From: an uncultured Bacteroidales bacterium
GTDB lineage: Bacteria > Bacteroidota > Bacteroidia > Bacteroidales > UBA7960
DNA: 54,639 bases
Assembly (NCBI GenBank): GCA_964589855.1
Contig: CAZPVB010000006.1
Span: 1-54,639 of the forward strand
Direction: 5' to 3'
Shown in pieces: positions 20,601-26,133 of this stretch. The notes below the pieces were generated by a model. That model made no database searches. It was not told the origin of the DNA and saw only the letters and a program-made list of their open reading frames with translations. Position 1 is the stretch's first letter; each line of letters begins with the position of its first letter. The position numbers and the translations under genes are program-made.

Positions 20601-22473
20601 CATGATAGAATATTCCGATGACGGAGGATCAACCTTTAACACCATTGCATCTGCTACAGATGCAACAGAGGGTACTTATAACTGGAGTGCATCTGAAGAA
20701 CTGCCAACAGGCGATCAGTATGTGATCAGAATAAGCTCCACGGATCCGGAAGGTTATCAGGACGCAACAGCAGCGTTCTCAATCATCGCTGAACCTGACC
20801 TTGAAACCAACTTTGGAGAGAACAGTTATTTGTGCGAAGGCAGTGTTCTCCATTTAAGCGTAAATACACAGGATGAATTTAGCTATCAGTGGTTCCACAA
20901 CGGTCAACCCATTGAAGGGGAAACTTCGGGCAGTTTGAATGTAGAACTACCGGGATACTACGAAGTGGAAGTTTTTTATGCAACAAATTGCAGTGTCCTG
21001 TTTGCCACACAGGTAGAATTTTCCGATAGCCCTGACATCATCTTTGAGCAAAACCTGCAATTTTGCATGAATGAATCGCCGGTTGAACTCAATATTGCCA
21101 CACCCGCCGGCGGAATCTGGTCGGGACCAGGTGTTGATAACGGTTTCTTCGATCCTTTAACAGCGGGAGAAGGAGAACATTATCTGGTGTATACTTTTGG
21201 TGAAACAGGAGAATGTTCCACTATAGATTCTGTAGAAGTAACCGTATTGCCATTTTACGATGAATTAACGATCAGTAATCTTGGTGAAGTGTGTGTTCTC
21301 AATGATCCATTCGCACTGCACTCTGATGATGTTCCCCCAGGTGGTACTTACGCAGGCCCTGGTATTACTGATGGTATCTTCGATCCGGAAGCTGCAGGTC
21401 CCGGAACCCATACCATAACTTATGCGGTTACCAATGAATGTGGTACCATGGAAGGATCCACCGAAATTACCGTTACGGAAGATACTCCTGAAGTATCTTT
21501 TGAACCATTTGCGGATGTATGCCTCAACCAGGAACCTTTTATTCTAAGCGGCGGCACACCATCTGGTGGAGAGTATTCAGGACCTGGCATTACAGATGGA
21601 ATGCTTGACCCTCAGGCAGCGGGTGAAGGTGAACACACAGTAGTATATACATTTAGCGATAATTGTGGAACAAATTCAGCGGAACAAACCATCAATGTGA
21701 TAAAATCTGTACCAGAGGTAATCGGAAAACCCGTTACCCTTTATCTGGATCAGAATGGCATCGCTAGCCTTACACCTGAAAATGTAAACGATGAAAGCTT
21801 TGACTCCTGTTCTGAGATCACTTTAAGTGTTGATCAGGAAACATTTACTTGCTCAGATTTAGGAGAAAACACAGTGGTTCTTTCCGCAACCAATGAGTTT
21901 GGACATTCAGGTTCTGCAAATGTTATGGTGACCATAGCAGATACCATTTCACCGGTGGTAGATGTGATCAACGACCTGACCATCCGTTTGGATGAAGATG
22001 GAACGGCAACCATCACAGCAGAAGACCTTGATAATGGTTCAACTGATAATTGTGAAATAGCAGAACTCACGCTCGATCAATACACATTCAATGAAAGTGA
22101 TATAGGTTTTCAAACCATTACCCTTACTGCAACCGATAGTAGCGGCAATAGTGCTGGTAAGCAAACCCAGGTGATCATTGAATCGGGCACAAACATTGCT
22201 GATATTGAACAGAATATGCATTTCAATGCATATCCCAATCCTTTCAGAGATGTTGTCTCTTTTGAGTTCAGTTCCAAAATCTCAGGTTATGCAACCATTG
22301 AACTTTACGACATGAATGGAGCACTGATATCGGTAGTTTATGAAGGATTTGTAGAAAACGGGCAATATTTTAAACTTGAACATCGCATTCCGGGCAATTT
22401 TACCGGTATGATATTCTACAAGTTAAGTATTGACCGTCATGTAAAAATCGGAAGGATGATGAGAGTTTACTAA
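2608..22473 (+). CDS. Giant (6621 aa) T9SS-secreted surface protein: 6x [Ig/CARDB-like + right-handed parallel beta-helix], Ig/Fn3, 7x CARDB, PPC/IPT-like domains, Gly/Pro/Cys-rich cassette, SxDPN domain, Fn3, Ig, HYR-like, T9SS type A C-terminal domain
   Basis: One uninterrupted ORF with an N-terminal signal peptide. Repeated N-x-I/F...YGI beta-helix rungs, PDLxV...NxG CARDB motifs, and a C-terminal AYPNPF...IELYDMNG...G-x-IFYKL...KxGR T9SS sorting signature. Confidence 0.9.
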   Translation: MKNSYHPSSRSHQFIFSLIVWFGISLFLIPEYSYSNETIQIGTGTSTTGTSEASPININHLSIKSQWVYQQSEISADEQPKLITEFGLYIATAPVHALPNFTIKMRHTSATDASAHIEEPFTVVYQNSAYEPQAGDFDNLTLTRPFFWNGTDNVAVEVCFDPVPSSSNSGTIRYYSQTNGFRYIRSNNEAVCDLETTSTSSRKPQATITLTDINENDAGIVSILNPQMPFAPGQTTLEAEIKNFGSTPLTAATVNWSINGAAPGSVNWSGNLSTNQTETVVLGNENFSDTEVYDIAIWTSEPNGETDPLATNDSIMEYGLLTSMAGSYTIGGSSPDFGSFQAAVDELSARGITSPVTINVRDGLYNEQVFIPFILGTSNDNTITFQAESGNPEDVTLSFNATSSQNYTVYLEKVGHLKFQNITLESENSTYGRVFSLGPETSHLTIENAVIKGNISTSSSSIRALVFGEGENLDNINILNNYFDGGAYGVHLNGVSNSHASNILIADNEYIDQGYTGVYLNRFENLEITYNVFYSTGSSYFGINLNSGAGERNFSSNRIYAPNGRYGIYNNSNSGTADQRVLISNNFISVGSNSTAYGITLNWSDKYMDIYHNNILVTGNSSNSSRALTTSSTNDNLNIKNNNFINTGGGYTVYLGTLNQVEINNNNYLSTGSVLARIINNEPTNLEELQQFTTQDVFSLSLDPYYDSDSSLYVNQLALYDAGVYVGVDTDIDGSVRNTETPVIGAHEFVPPANDAAILAINEPSLPFDAGVNNINVKIKNNGSENLTSLSIQWEVNEQVQTAHAWSGNLVPGEEADITIGSFDFTINQSHDLKIWAEQPNGQQDGFAQNDTIFWNAVYPALIGTYTVGGSTPDFENLTNATVNLRTGGITGDVIFDIRAGSYNEQLVIHEFPRTDSTSRVTFRSANQNAEDVTITYSSSWSDNYTILLTNVINIELSDLTLTATNSSYANIIELVSAENILIQNNVFQGVETTFTSTSRTSVYSNSWHNGIEIENNTFFHNSYAIYLNGNSNTEGTIISGNNFEDQSGQGIYIRNQRMPLIQNNQISTTVASSSFTGIEVRDSNEGFQISENTLTANNGTYGIYIRNANGTSTDRASIHNNFIHMQSSGTFYGVYIYSADYLNFVFNNIHVTGASENSHALFSRFGNNQVLVNNIFANSAGGYAAYISSPAVISNIDHNNYFVTGPYLGYWDNTSIAGLTDWANASGGDENSLSLDPIFVTDSDLHVQQVGLKEKGTPIAGITTDIDGEERNTENPDIGADEFPVPENDAGIEAVLSPVSPFGSGENMVSVSLANYGVNNLTSVEVGWEVNNVSQPVLEWTGNLAAGESISVDLGNYPFQAGISHEIKAWTNLPNDVADGVNFNDTTSVSGLIPALLGDYTIGGEAPDYENFEAAIMALNTSGILGAVTFQVRSGTYNEQLIINAIEGTSEENTITFRSETADSTDVILSFNSGTSDNYIVRFDGASHVILENMTLQSENTSRARLVEFINNSKNIHLSGNVLPGSTTNTTSTNTSLIFLSGDEFENITLENNLFSNGSYGVYITPSWNNYQGPLHIKNNTFENQYATGIHVTFMDNLVIEENHISTQSTYTSYNGMNIGGRNATLISSNIVLTNDGNRGITANINGTSETKGEIVNNFIYLAGVSSGGYGLEVRNSSHTDIFHNNVYLTTSHSSSRAFYAAGGNNLSVVNNNFIHSENGYAFYTSSSSNLINSDHNNLYAPIGKLGYWSNTNADDLETWQSLSGFDINSLSVDPIFNSHTDLHVNQSALNQAGTDVGVSTDIDGEPRNNTTPDIGADEFIPLSLDLAMLSVDEPSVPFASGNQEVKVSFKNNSTQLISSVFLLWTVNGEPQTSYQWSGELQPGESAQATIGSYNFELVVPYDITITSSNPNGLTDQLAINDTVAATGLFSALDGIYTIGGDDADFENFTQATDLLNMAGVFGPVTFRARPGVYEEQIVFEKFPGASEENRVTFTPENDADSTTTIRFNPGSGNNFIARFNDAEFITLKNLTLESVNSFYGIVININGLSNHLEFSGNTIIGSNTNSTSTGRSAVYAVNEPFSNILFHQNHIQYGSYGLYLYGNGNQPGIVISENTITDQYRYGIYLRNLPDARILKNTIQSQTDYSSYHAIHLTSSPGAFQINQNRIMGSFDGYGIYVTSSSASVQDRALISNNFIQAGSSNNTDGIHLNSSGNIDVVYNSVNITSTAASSYAFNSNWSQDNIIKNNIFASTSGVRTMRFAPTSYSFTSDRNNFYTPGNVLADFGGDIANLASWQSQTGKDGNSLSVDPVFESDSVLYTGQNELVGAAEPQSRVNVDIDDNTRDPFAPVIGAHELTTATEDASVADIISPVIPFAEGVNELSISLLNNALNNLTDVTIHWIVNGLEQTPYQWNGDLSPGSVAEITIGNFNFIFGESYNITVYSSLPNGVDDQRPQNDTLHLENIYAGLNGTYTIGSGLADFSDFSSAIEALNNGGIAGDVEFVVKPGTYTEQLQIGNIAGTSNGNTVTFRSENNDYSDVTLTYEGDSQENYVVKMNNTRGVHFEYITFESIHETYSRIVDLSGNLQDISLKKNRFAGNQSTSTSNLRSLIFGQVASLHNVILEENSFQYGSYAVYLEGNSSNTDTDAVFRKNTFFDQYNAGAYLINITAPLIADNTLTSAATSNSFYGFYLQNCNEGINISSNSIHSIENGYGIYITSSSSNLTRSNILNNFIQTGGSGNAYGIFMTGSSRFNIFHNTLHVTGTSASNGRAFYITSGANNLIRNNIFHNSGSGYALYINSTGSISSSNYNNLFSTGSNVGYWGNTAVADLTDWQNTSGQDANSLSLDPVFLDTIAPYITQASLSASGVPIAEVSTDIDGNPRKPGNPSMGAVEFLPLNQHDAQVVDILEPYAPFAAGNQDVKISIRNNGSEELTSLLVNWRINGESQQSYLWEGNLSTSQEEEIIIGTYEFNIAASHLVSIELTQPNGETDESPSDNTLASGELYPALNGSYSVGGSSSDFSSVNQAINNLNLGGVMGPTELLLSNGVYSGKIHIQSYPGMNENSPVTIRSAAQDSTLASIYHLAGSNQDNYTILLDDASYIHFKHLTLESRGSNYGRVIVLSNGASHNSFTNNIIKGAVNTSASNSRALMYSGNTSDNDITISNNLFLNGSSAIYLDGGNQTGIQILDNIIKDQHAYGIYLRNQNRPLMERNEISSATPRYSYTGLYLSGISNGISIYGNKIISPQNTGILLTSSSGTAGSRFLIANNFVSVGGTSQATGIDIRNTNFVDLFFNNVNVYSTEASGRSLYTTGGQNINLANNILSAKKGALALYINTPSAISSSNHNNLFTTSPPIAHWNGSISGLDQWQETTSYDNNSLSVDPVFYSDTVLYVMQPLLYGAGTPLSAVPDDIDGNTRDAEDPAIGAHEFEPLPNDMGPVAFVSPLSACELSDQEFISIQVQNFGTNAQTGFEISYIYNGDQVTENVQDITIEPFEVYEHTFSNPIDLSTEGDYTFAFITQLSGDENTNNDNLSNITVSHLASPTVQLVSDQVICEGESVLLVAGGGTQYLWSNGEMTSSILVSPETSQNYEVTIENELGCSTTASVLVEVLPAATAPIITAGGEIEFCQGESVTLTSDIAQDIIWSTGETSPSITATESGSYSVTHTNESGCQAVSNVIDVVLYPAPELEVSNPGPICPGEEISLDVTGGSSFVWSTGEQTSGIVVQPVESTEYTVDVSDDTGCDYILSHFAEVLQPEVPGAVSNMLPPNQSVDLSLPLSFSWAPADHATLYDLYIWPQGESTPESPALEGITTINANFEGDLDYGQSYNWTIYARNACYSTPGETQTFGLRELPDLVVEEIQINQEVFAGLPLDLSYTVSNAGAGSTEAQPWKDAIYVSFNSTFDNTAVRLAEFTNQSYLNPGQSYTQTVEVDIPGNLLGEYYIFVFADSQSKVIEISTDNNVARNEGTEGIMISLPPLANLEAQTLNVGQAAFSGDSINVTYSAQNTGDIAASGIESLYRMFTLLINGQVSQHCYFTERIWIDGIYLSQNPVFDRLDAELIHENTVKIRSENYDGSLSCEGLTSWNNEPDYLDSGEEYMRVVPALIPHQLSGTYYLHVVLNDGNVFSEYNKNNNVITSQPIEIVLRPPPDLIVEQISIDEPVVSGERYSVEWAVKNQGANNPVEKNWRDAVYISEFPFLDGNAIYLNQKGVNKGDTLSANSQYMLSTNINIPEGIEGEHYLHVLTDANNNVFESLFDDNNSTSIPLMIEQGNYPDLVVSEVNMEQNTIAGNQALVNWTVLNQGEGKPKSSWTDRIFISEDPAYDPSNAYQIANRTRVHNLDAGESYYNQIQINIPEGLEGTWYVHVITDIENRVFEDGRNDNNLTTGNAFNIFEQPAVPLSDLAITQSSANETGYSGTNLDVSWLVENVGEGRSNHGSWTDKVFINSEPSLDNAIFLKNQTRNGYLQPGESYQRFTDVTLPDGIAGNYYLIVVADANEKLNDTIRDNNISILPLEVILSPSPDLVVESFEIAETIYSGQDFWAHYTIKNQGEGAAEGRWTNRVKVSSTPDLSQSGISVGNKTRTLQLQPGESHNDSLLVSIPTYISGNRYLVLSVDDINDIYEHQAEDNNLFPITANILVPLPSDLIVESVQMPPGTVEAGEETAFQYIVSNQGTNTAVGSLRDVVHLSPDQQLDAANDPIAGFKQQSIVLEPGESQTRTVNTRMPGVIPGDYFGIVRTNILGNVQETDLANNTLASDETTQVSISELPVDVVVNTELDIDDIKYYQIATEPDKDMIITLTSDQSHGENEIFVAYDRVPDRVNFDFSHGNPNSTEQTVLVPSTLDGNYYLRLNTRTNFPNGQTVGILAQLLPFGIREVSPSVVGQGRVTTLLTGAGFSTDSEIYLTNNSDDIIAYGEIHEFRNSMQMYVRWYFDETPLGTYNLNVTNADGDVETLMDGLIIEETQTFELAEYSIIPTAIAASSTAFYSFSFENLSNIDIPYAVLTFRFPLGTDLVNFSSSSNAWQLSQLYENVGFDEGDDYIDDNEFRNVPIFVRDLAPNEVFSSSLVFKGFPEANFALQTEQIAMETDEFMNLIASSAETNRQYIINNPSLFNDPDFEELVALTVTEEVYRNSYFEDYIGSGLVDPADTVGIDFECFVCDQEFADSEDTGNNNYTYTPGSSPGTEEFDNLTFGSGESYLWDINRSLYWSEYEGPLGVAGQYPGWDLIRVDGTLDITSSFLNPFTFYMRSLSYTNYRGTLAGWYPAEDVCWPVVVADQILGFDPDRFVVNSYYFEQYNDVYGGTFHVEMSEGSDTLYICFTAYKPGIGEDGVPGAPGVFCEPGSPGGPGGPGNGTIPPGNGGRGGDGGDCFAEGLPGGDGGPGGKGGKGGFGQDGGTGGDGGNGGYGGPDANGGDGGDGGDGGDSGAGGNGGQGGMGGDGGTGGTGSGQGGNGGEGGKGGSVEVNTGVVGGSGGSGGNAGAGPGGDGNPGPGGPGVFPDGPDGPDGDPPPTCCPPPPTPPPPPGDDPPPPEPPVPPGDDDDPPPPPPGEPDPPIPPPCCGPNLPDPPPIDDDPFIPDDDDDNDGFEPAECGQAPSVSQGDCSDRFKGPDPCASAVANCAAALAKMLARTCRFGPQACKVGAALGAAKCALLTGKCVYSRMEKNRKTNEHCRPVVRSCDPNDILGPDGYGDERFVSVNDQLGYTIRFENDPEFAQAPAQTVIISQQLDENIDPLSFRLGAFGFADYVFDVPANVSSYNKRIDLRDSLSIFLDVVAGVNVESNEIFWILSSIDPATGATPSDPFKGFLAINDDTGVGEGFVTYTVKPTSDSQTGDKIFAEAEIIFDINEPIITPEIFNTIDAIAPTSAMQELADVSPSNIVELNWSAEDDTNGSGVKDYFLYVSEDGDPLTPLAGPLNEKSYSFSGLPGITYGFATLARDNVLNTEPTKTVPDVSTTINPDLEEYLSITSPGAGSAYCSESTISITWDQFGIEIIMIEYSDDGGSTFNTIASATDATEGTYNWSASEELPTGDQYVIRISSTDPEGYQDATAAFSIIAEPDLETNFGENSYLCEGSVLHLSVNTQDEFSYQWFHNGQPIEGETSGSLNVELPGYYEVEVFYATNCSVLFATQVEFSDSPDIIFEQNLQFCMNESPVELNIATPAGGIWSGPGVDNGFFDPLTAGEGEHYLVYTFGETGECSTIDSVEVTVLPFYDELTISNLGEVCVLNDPFALHSDDVPPGGTYAGPGITDGIFDPEAAGPGTHTITYAVTNECGTMEGSTEITVTEDTPEVSFEPFADVCLNQEPFILSGGTPSGGEYSGPGITDGMLDPQAAGEGEHTVVYTFSDNCGTNSAEQTINVIKSVPEVIGKPVTLYLDQNGIASLTPENVNDESFDSCSEITLSVDQETFTCSDLGENTVVLSATNEFGHSGSANVMVTIADTISPVVDVINDLTIRLDEDGTATITAEDLDNGSTDNCEIAELTLDQYTFNESDIGFQTITLTATDSSGNSAGKQTQVIIESGTNIADIEQNMHFNAYPNPFRDVVSFEFSSKISGYATIELYDMNGALISVVYEGFVENGQYFKLEHRIPGNFTGMIFYKLSIDRHVKIGRMMRVY
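3253..12915 (+). repeat. Six tandem ~537-aa protein modules (Ig-like + beta-helix)
   Basis: Module starts (xDA/xDL motif) at 3253, 4867, 6472, 8083, 9691 and 11311, with a 7th Ig at 12916; spacing 1605-1620 nt. Each module has Y(T/S)(I/V)G...D(F/Y) and ends DID...R...GAxE. Confidence 0.9.
14179..16915 (+). repeat. Seven CARDB-like repeats within the giant protein
   Basis: Repeated (P/S)DLxV...V/I-x-NxG...W-x-D-x-x-Y/F-x-S...L-x-x-GES...GxYY...D...E...NN units starting near 14179, 14554, 15067, 15442, 15820, 16183 and 16549. Confidence 0.8.
18595..19375 (+). repeat. GC-rich low-complexity GGxGGx (PGRS-like), then polyproline and poly-Asp coding tract
   Basis: GGTGGCGAT/GGCGGC repeats encoding GGDGGDGG..., then PPPTCCPPPPTPPPPPGDD... 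and DDDDDND. Confidence 0.9.
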
Positions 22474-22493
22474 TAGTCATTCTGAGATATAAA

Positions 22494-22530
22494 AAAAAGC
22501 AGGGCAATACGAATTGTCCTGCTTTTTGTT
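22494..22530 (+). terminator. Rho-independent terminator after the giant gene (possibly bidirectional)
   Basis: AAAAAGCAGGGCAAT-acga-ATTGTCCTGCTTTTT hairpin between convergent genes. Confidence 0.8.
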
Positions 22531-22627
22531 TGCTCAAAAAAAAAGGAAATTCCTGAAATAGAAAATCCTTTTTAATTTTTACATGTTAGCGACACGCCTT
22601 TTGTTACAAGGGGTGCAGAAAAAAAGT

Positions 22628-22795
22628 TTATGCGGGGTGAATTGCCTCAACGGGGCAAACATCTGCGCAAGATCCACAATCAGTGCATACATCAGGGTCT
22701 ATTTTGTAGATGTCGCCTTCGCTTATTGCGTCAACCGGGCATTCGTCGATGCAACTGCCACAAGCAGTACAATCTTCTGTTATTACGTAAGCCAT
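22628..22795 (-). CDS. 2[4Fe-4S] ferredoxin (55 aa)
   Basis: MAYVITEDCTACGSCIDECPVDAI...CTDCGSCADVCPVEAI contains two CxxCxxCxxxCP motifs. ATG at 22795 is preferred over the longer ORF-track start. Confidence 0.95.
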   Translation of the reverse strand: MAYVITEDCTACGSCIDECPVDAISEGDIYKIDPDVCTDCGSCADVCPVEAIHPA

Positions 22796-22837
22796 TGTTT
22801 TAAAATTTAAATTAGTAAAATGTATTAATTCCACTTG

Positions 22838-22877
22838 CAAATATACCATCTTAATTGTAAGAAATAAAATATATTTG
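22838..22877. promoter_or_regulatory. Back-to-back Bacteroidota -7 promoter elements (TAnnTTTG) for ferredoxin and korAB
   Basis: TATATTTG on the minus strand at 22838-22845 and on the plus strand at 22870-22877. Confidence 0.5.
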
Positions 22878-23185
22878 CCTTACCCCTCTAATTTGAAATG
22901 GGTTTAAATAAAGATAACTACATATTTTCTAATAAACCCTTGTTGTTAAAGGGTTCGCAAATCTAATTTAATTTAACAGTTTGCATATTATCTTCCATTT
23001 CCATGGCTTTGTCGAATGAAATACATCATTGAGAAGTTGCCTCAAAGCAGTTGAAAAGATTTAAGATTTTTGTCTTCAAATTCTAAATGATTTTTTTGAT
23101 CTGTTCGGAATTAAACAATTAACTTCGCAGACTAATAAACCCAATGTATCAAACATATCCAATCAAAACACAATTTTCACAGATT

Positions 23186-25033
23186 ATGGATAAACCAAAA
23201 AAAGTAATAGAATTAGAAGATGTTGTTGTTAAATTCGTGGGAGATTCGGGCGACGGGATGCAGCTTACCGGCACCCTGTTTTCCGATACTGCGGCACTAT
23301 CAGGCAACGATCTGGCAACATTTCCTGATTTTCCGGCTGAGATCAGAGCCCCTCAGAACACAGTAGCAGGTGTAAGTGGATTTCAGGTTCACCTGGGCAA
23401 AAGGAAAATTTTTACTTCCGGCGACATGTGCGATGTGCTGGTAGCGATGAACCCTGCCTCACTCAAATCGAACCTGAAATGGGCAAAACCCGGAGCTACT
23501 ATTATAGTAGACTCTACGGCTTTCACCAAAAAAGCAAATGAAAAAGCAGGGTACGCCACCAACCCTTTAGAAGATGGAAGTCTGAACTCATACCATCTGA
23601 TTCAGGCGCCCATATCTGTGATCACCAAAGAATCGCTTGCTGATCTCGACATTGACAAAAAAATTGCAGAAAAGACCAAGAACATGTTTGTTCTTGGGAT
23701 GATGTATTTTCTCTTTCAAAAAGACCTTGACAAGACACTTGACTTTATCAAGAAAAAGTTCAGTGCCAAGCCCAAAGTGGTGCAAGCTAACCAAATTGTT
23801 TTGAAAGCAGGTTTTAACTACGCTGAAACCATAGAAGCCATTTCTTCAACCATCAAAATTGATCCGGCACCATTACAAAAAGGGCGCTACCGGAATATAA
23901 CCGGTAATGTTGCCACTGCCTGGGGACTTTTGGCAGCATCAGAGAAAAGCCAAAGACCTCTTTTTTTAGGTTCTTATCCCATTACACCTGCCACTGAAAT
24001 ACTGGCTGAGCTTTCAAAACAAAAATCACTGGGAGCAAAAGTACTTCAGGCAGAAGACGAGATAGCGGGTATTTGCTCTGCTATAGGTGCCAGTTTTGCT
24101 GGTTCACTGGCAGTTACAACAACTTCAGGTCCAGGATTATCTTTAAAAAGCGAAGCCATGGGTTTGGCAGTAATGACCGAATTGCCTCTGGTAATCGTAA
24201 ATGTACAGCGTGCCGGACCCTCAACAGGAATGCCTACAAAAAGTGAGCAAAGTGATCTTTACCAGGCACTTTTCGGCAGAAATGGCGAGGCCCCCATGGT
24301 AGTGATGGCTGCATCAAGCCCGGCCAATTGTTTCCATTATGCTTATATGGCTGCAAAAATTTCTATGGAGCATATGACACCGGTTATATTACTTACCGAT
24401 GGATATATGGCTTTTGGTTCTGAACTGTTCAAAATCCCGAAAATGGCGGAAATGCCATCTATCAATCCACCTTTGGCCAAAGCGAACGATCCGGAATTTA
24501 AACCATACAAACGCGATCCGGTTACCCTTGCCCGCAACTGGGCAATACCCGGCGCCGAAGGTCTCAGACACCGGATCGGAGGATTAGAGAAAACCAATAT
24601 TGACGGAAACGTATCTACCGACCCGCTCAACCATGAATTGATGGTAAATATACGGGAGGATAAAGTAAACCGCATTGCCAACTATATACCCGACCTTGAA
24701 GTAAACGGTAACACTTCGGGAGACTTACTGGTTGTAGGATGGGGTGGCACCGAAGGTATGCTCAAATCTGCTGTTAAAAGAATGCAGGAAGAGGGTAAAG
24801 ATATCAGTTTGGCGCATTTCAACTACATTATGCCCTTGCCCCGCAATACTGATAAAGTATTCAGTAAATTCAAGCGAATCATTGTTTGCGAACTCAATAA
24901 AGGACAATTTGTCAACTACCTGCGTATGAAAATACCCGAATTTCGTTATCATCAATACAATAAAGTACAAGGTTTGCCCTTTCAGGTAAAAGAACTTACC
25001 CAAACATTCAATCATTTATTGGAGGAAAAATAA
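23186..25033 (+). CDS. korA: 2-oxoacid:ferredoxin oxidoreductase alpha subunit (gamma-alpha fusion)
   Basis: Motifs GDSGDGMQLTG, FPAEIRAP, YPITPA, QAEDEIAG, TSGPG and QRAGPSTGMPTK. Start at 23186 (MDKPKK) is preferred over 23144. Confidence 0.93.
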   Translation: MDKPKKVIELEDVVVKFVGDSGDGMQLTGTLFSDTAALSGNDLATFPDFPAEIRAPQNTVAGVSGFQVHLGKRKIFTSGDMCDVLVAMNPASLKSNLKWAKPGATIIVDSTAFTKKANEKAGYATNPLEDGSLNSYHLIQAPISVITKESLADLDIDKKIAEKTKNMFVLGMMYFLFQKDLDKTLDFIKKKFSAKPKVVQANQIVLKAGFNYAETIEAISSTIKIDPAPLQKGRYRNITGNVATAWGLLAASEKSQRPLFLGSYPITPATEILAELSKQKSLGAKVLQAEDEIAGICSAIGASFAGSLAVTTTSGPGLSLKSEAMGLAVMTELPLVIVNVQRAGPSTGMPTKSEQSDLYQALFGRNGEAPMVVMAASSPANCFHYAYMAAKISMEHMTPVILLTDGYMAFGSELFKIPKMAEMPSINPPLAKANDPEFKPYKRDPVTLARNWAIPGAEGLRHRIGGLEKTNIDGNVSTDPLNHELMVNIREDKVNRIANYIPDLEVNGNTSGDLLVVGWGGTEGMLKSAVKRMQEEGKDISLAHFNYIMPLPRNTDKVFSKFKRIIVCELNKGQFVNYLRMKIPEFRYHQYNKVQGLPFQVKELTQTFNHLLEEK

Positions 25034-26064
25034 TGTTAGAAAACACGATAGAGAAATCCCCGGTTCAAATTTCAAAAGAAGATTTTGCCAGCGATCAAAT
25101 GGTTAAATGGTGCCCGGGTTGTGGCGGCCATGCTATCCTGGCAGCAGTAGAAAATGTCTTTCCCAGAACGGGTTATAAAAAAGAGAACTTTGCCATGATA
25201 TCAGGGATCGGTTGCTCTTCCAGGTTCCCGTATTATGTAAACACCTATGGCATACATGGCATACATGGCAGAGCCAACCCAATTGCTACAGGCGTAAAAG
25301 TATCCAACCCCGAACTCAGTGTTTGGATTGCTACAGGCGATGGCGACTCCATGGCCATTGGAGGAAACCATTTCATCCATACCATAAGGCGCAATCTGGA
25401 TGTAAACATCTTATTGTTTAACAACCAGATCTATGGTCTTACAAAAGGCCAGTTTTCCCCCACCACTCCTATGGGAAAAGTAACCAAAACCTCTCCCTAT
25501 GGAACCATAGAACATCCATTCCTTACAGCTGGCCTGGTCATGGGTGCACAGGGTACTTTCTTTGCAAGGGTACCCGATAACAATATAAAACTCATGACCG
25601 ATGTGCTTTACGAAGCAGCCAAACACGATGGCACATCTGTGGTAGAGATTTTAGAAAACTGTGTGATATTTAATGATAAAGCACACGCAGATTATACCGC
25701 ACGTGCCAACAGAGAAGAAAACCAACTTATCCTCAGACATGGCGAACCGATGATATTTGGTAAAGATATGGATATGGGTGTGATCATGAAAGACCGTAAT
25801 TTATATTGTGTAAAAATTGGCGTAGGTGGTATAAAGGAAAAAGACATCCTTGTTCACGACCAATATAGCCAGGATCCGGGAGTTCACAGAAGATTGGGCA
25901 GAATGCTCGGACCAGACTATCCCATTGCTTTTGGAGTGATACGTTCTGCCAAAGCAGATACTTATGATGATAAGGTGGAAGAGCAAATCAAATATGCCAG
26001 GGAAACATCGCCAATAAAAAACATGGATGATCTGCTTAACAGTGGTGAAACATGGGAAATTTAA
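25033..26064 (+). CDS. korB: 2-oxoacid:ferredoxin oxidoreductase beta subunit (TPP-binding)
   Basis: Motifs WCPGCG, SGIGCSSR, GDGD...GGNH and NNQIYGLTKGQ; TAATG stop/start overlap with korA. Confidence 0.93.
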   Translation: MLENTIEKSPVQISKEDFASDQMVKWCPGCGGHAILAAVENVFPRTGYKKENFAMISGIGCSSRFPYYVNTYGIHGIHGRANPIATGVKVSNPELSVWIATGDGDSMAIGGNHFIHTIRRNLDVNILLFNNQIYGLTKGQFSPTTPMGKVTKTSPYGTIEHPFLTAGLVMGAQGTFFARVPDNNIKLMTDVLYEAAKHDGTSVVEILENCVIFNDKAHADYTARANREENQLILRHGEPMIFGKDMDMGVIMKDRNLYCVKIGVGGIKEKDILVHDQYSQDPGVHRRLGRMLGPDYPIAFGVIRSAKADTYDDKVEEQIKYARETSPIKNMDDLLNSGETWEI

Positions 26065-26133
26065 GTTTTTGAATTCCTTTATAACCCCTCTTTTGGAAAA
26101 TAAGACCCTCAAAAAAACCCGGTAGAAAAATTT

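Noticed and set aside
22583-22810. 75-aa plus-strand ORF
   Set aside because: Antisense shadow of the ferredoxin gene.
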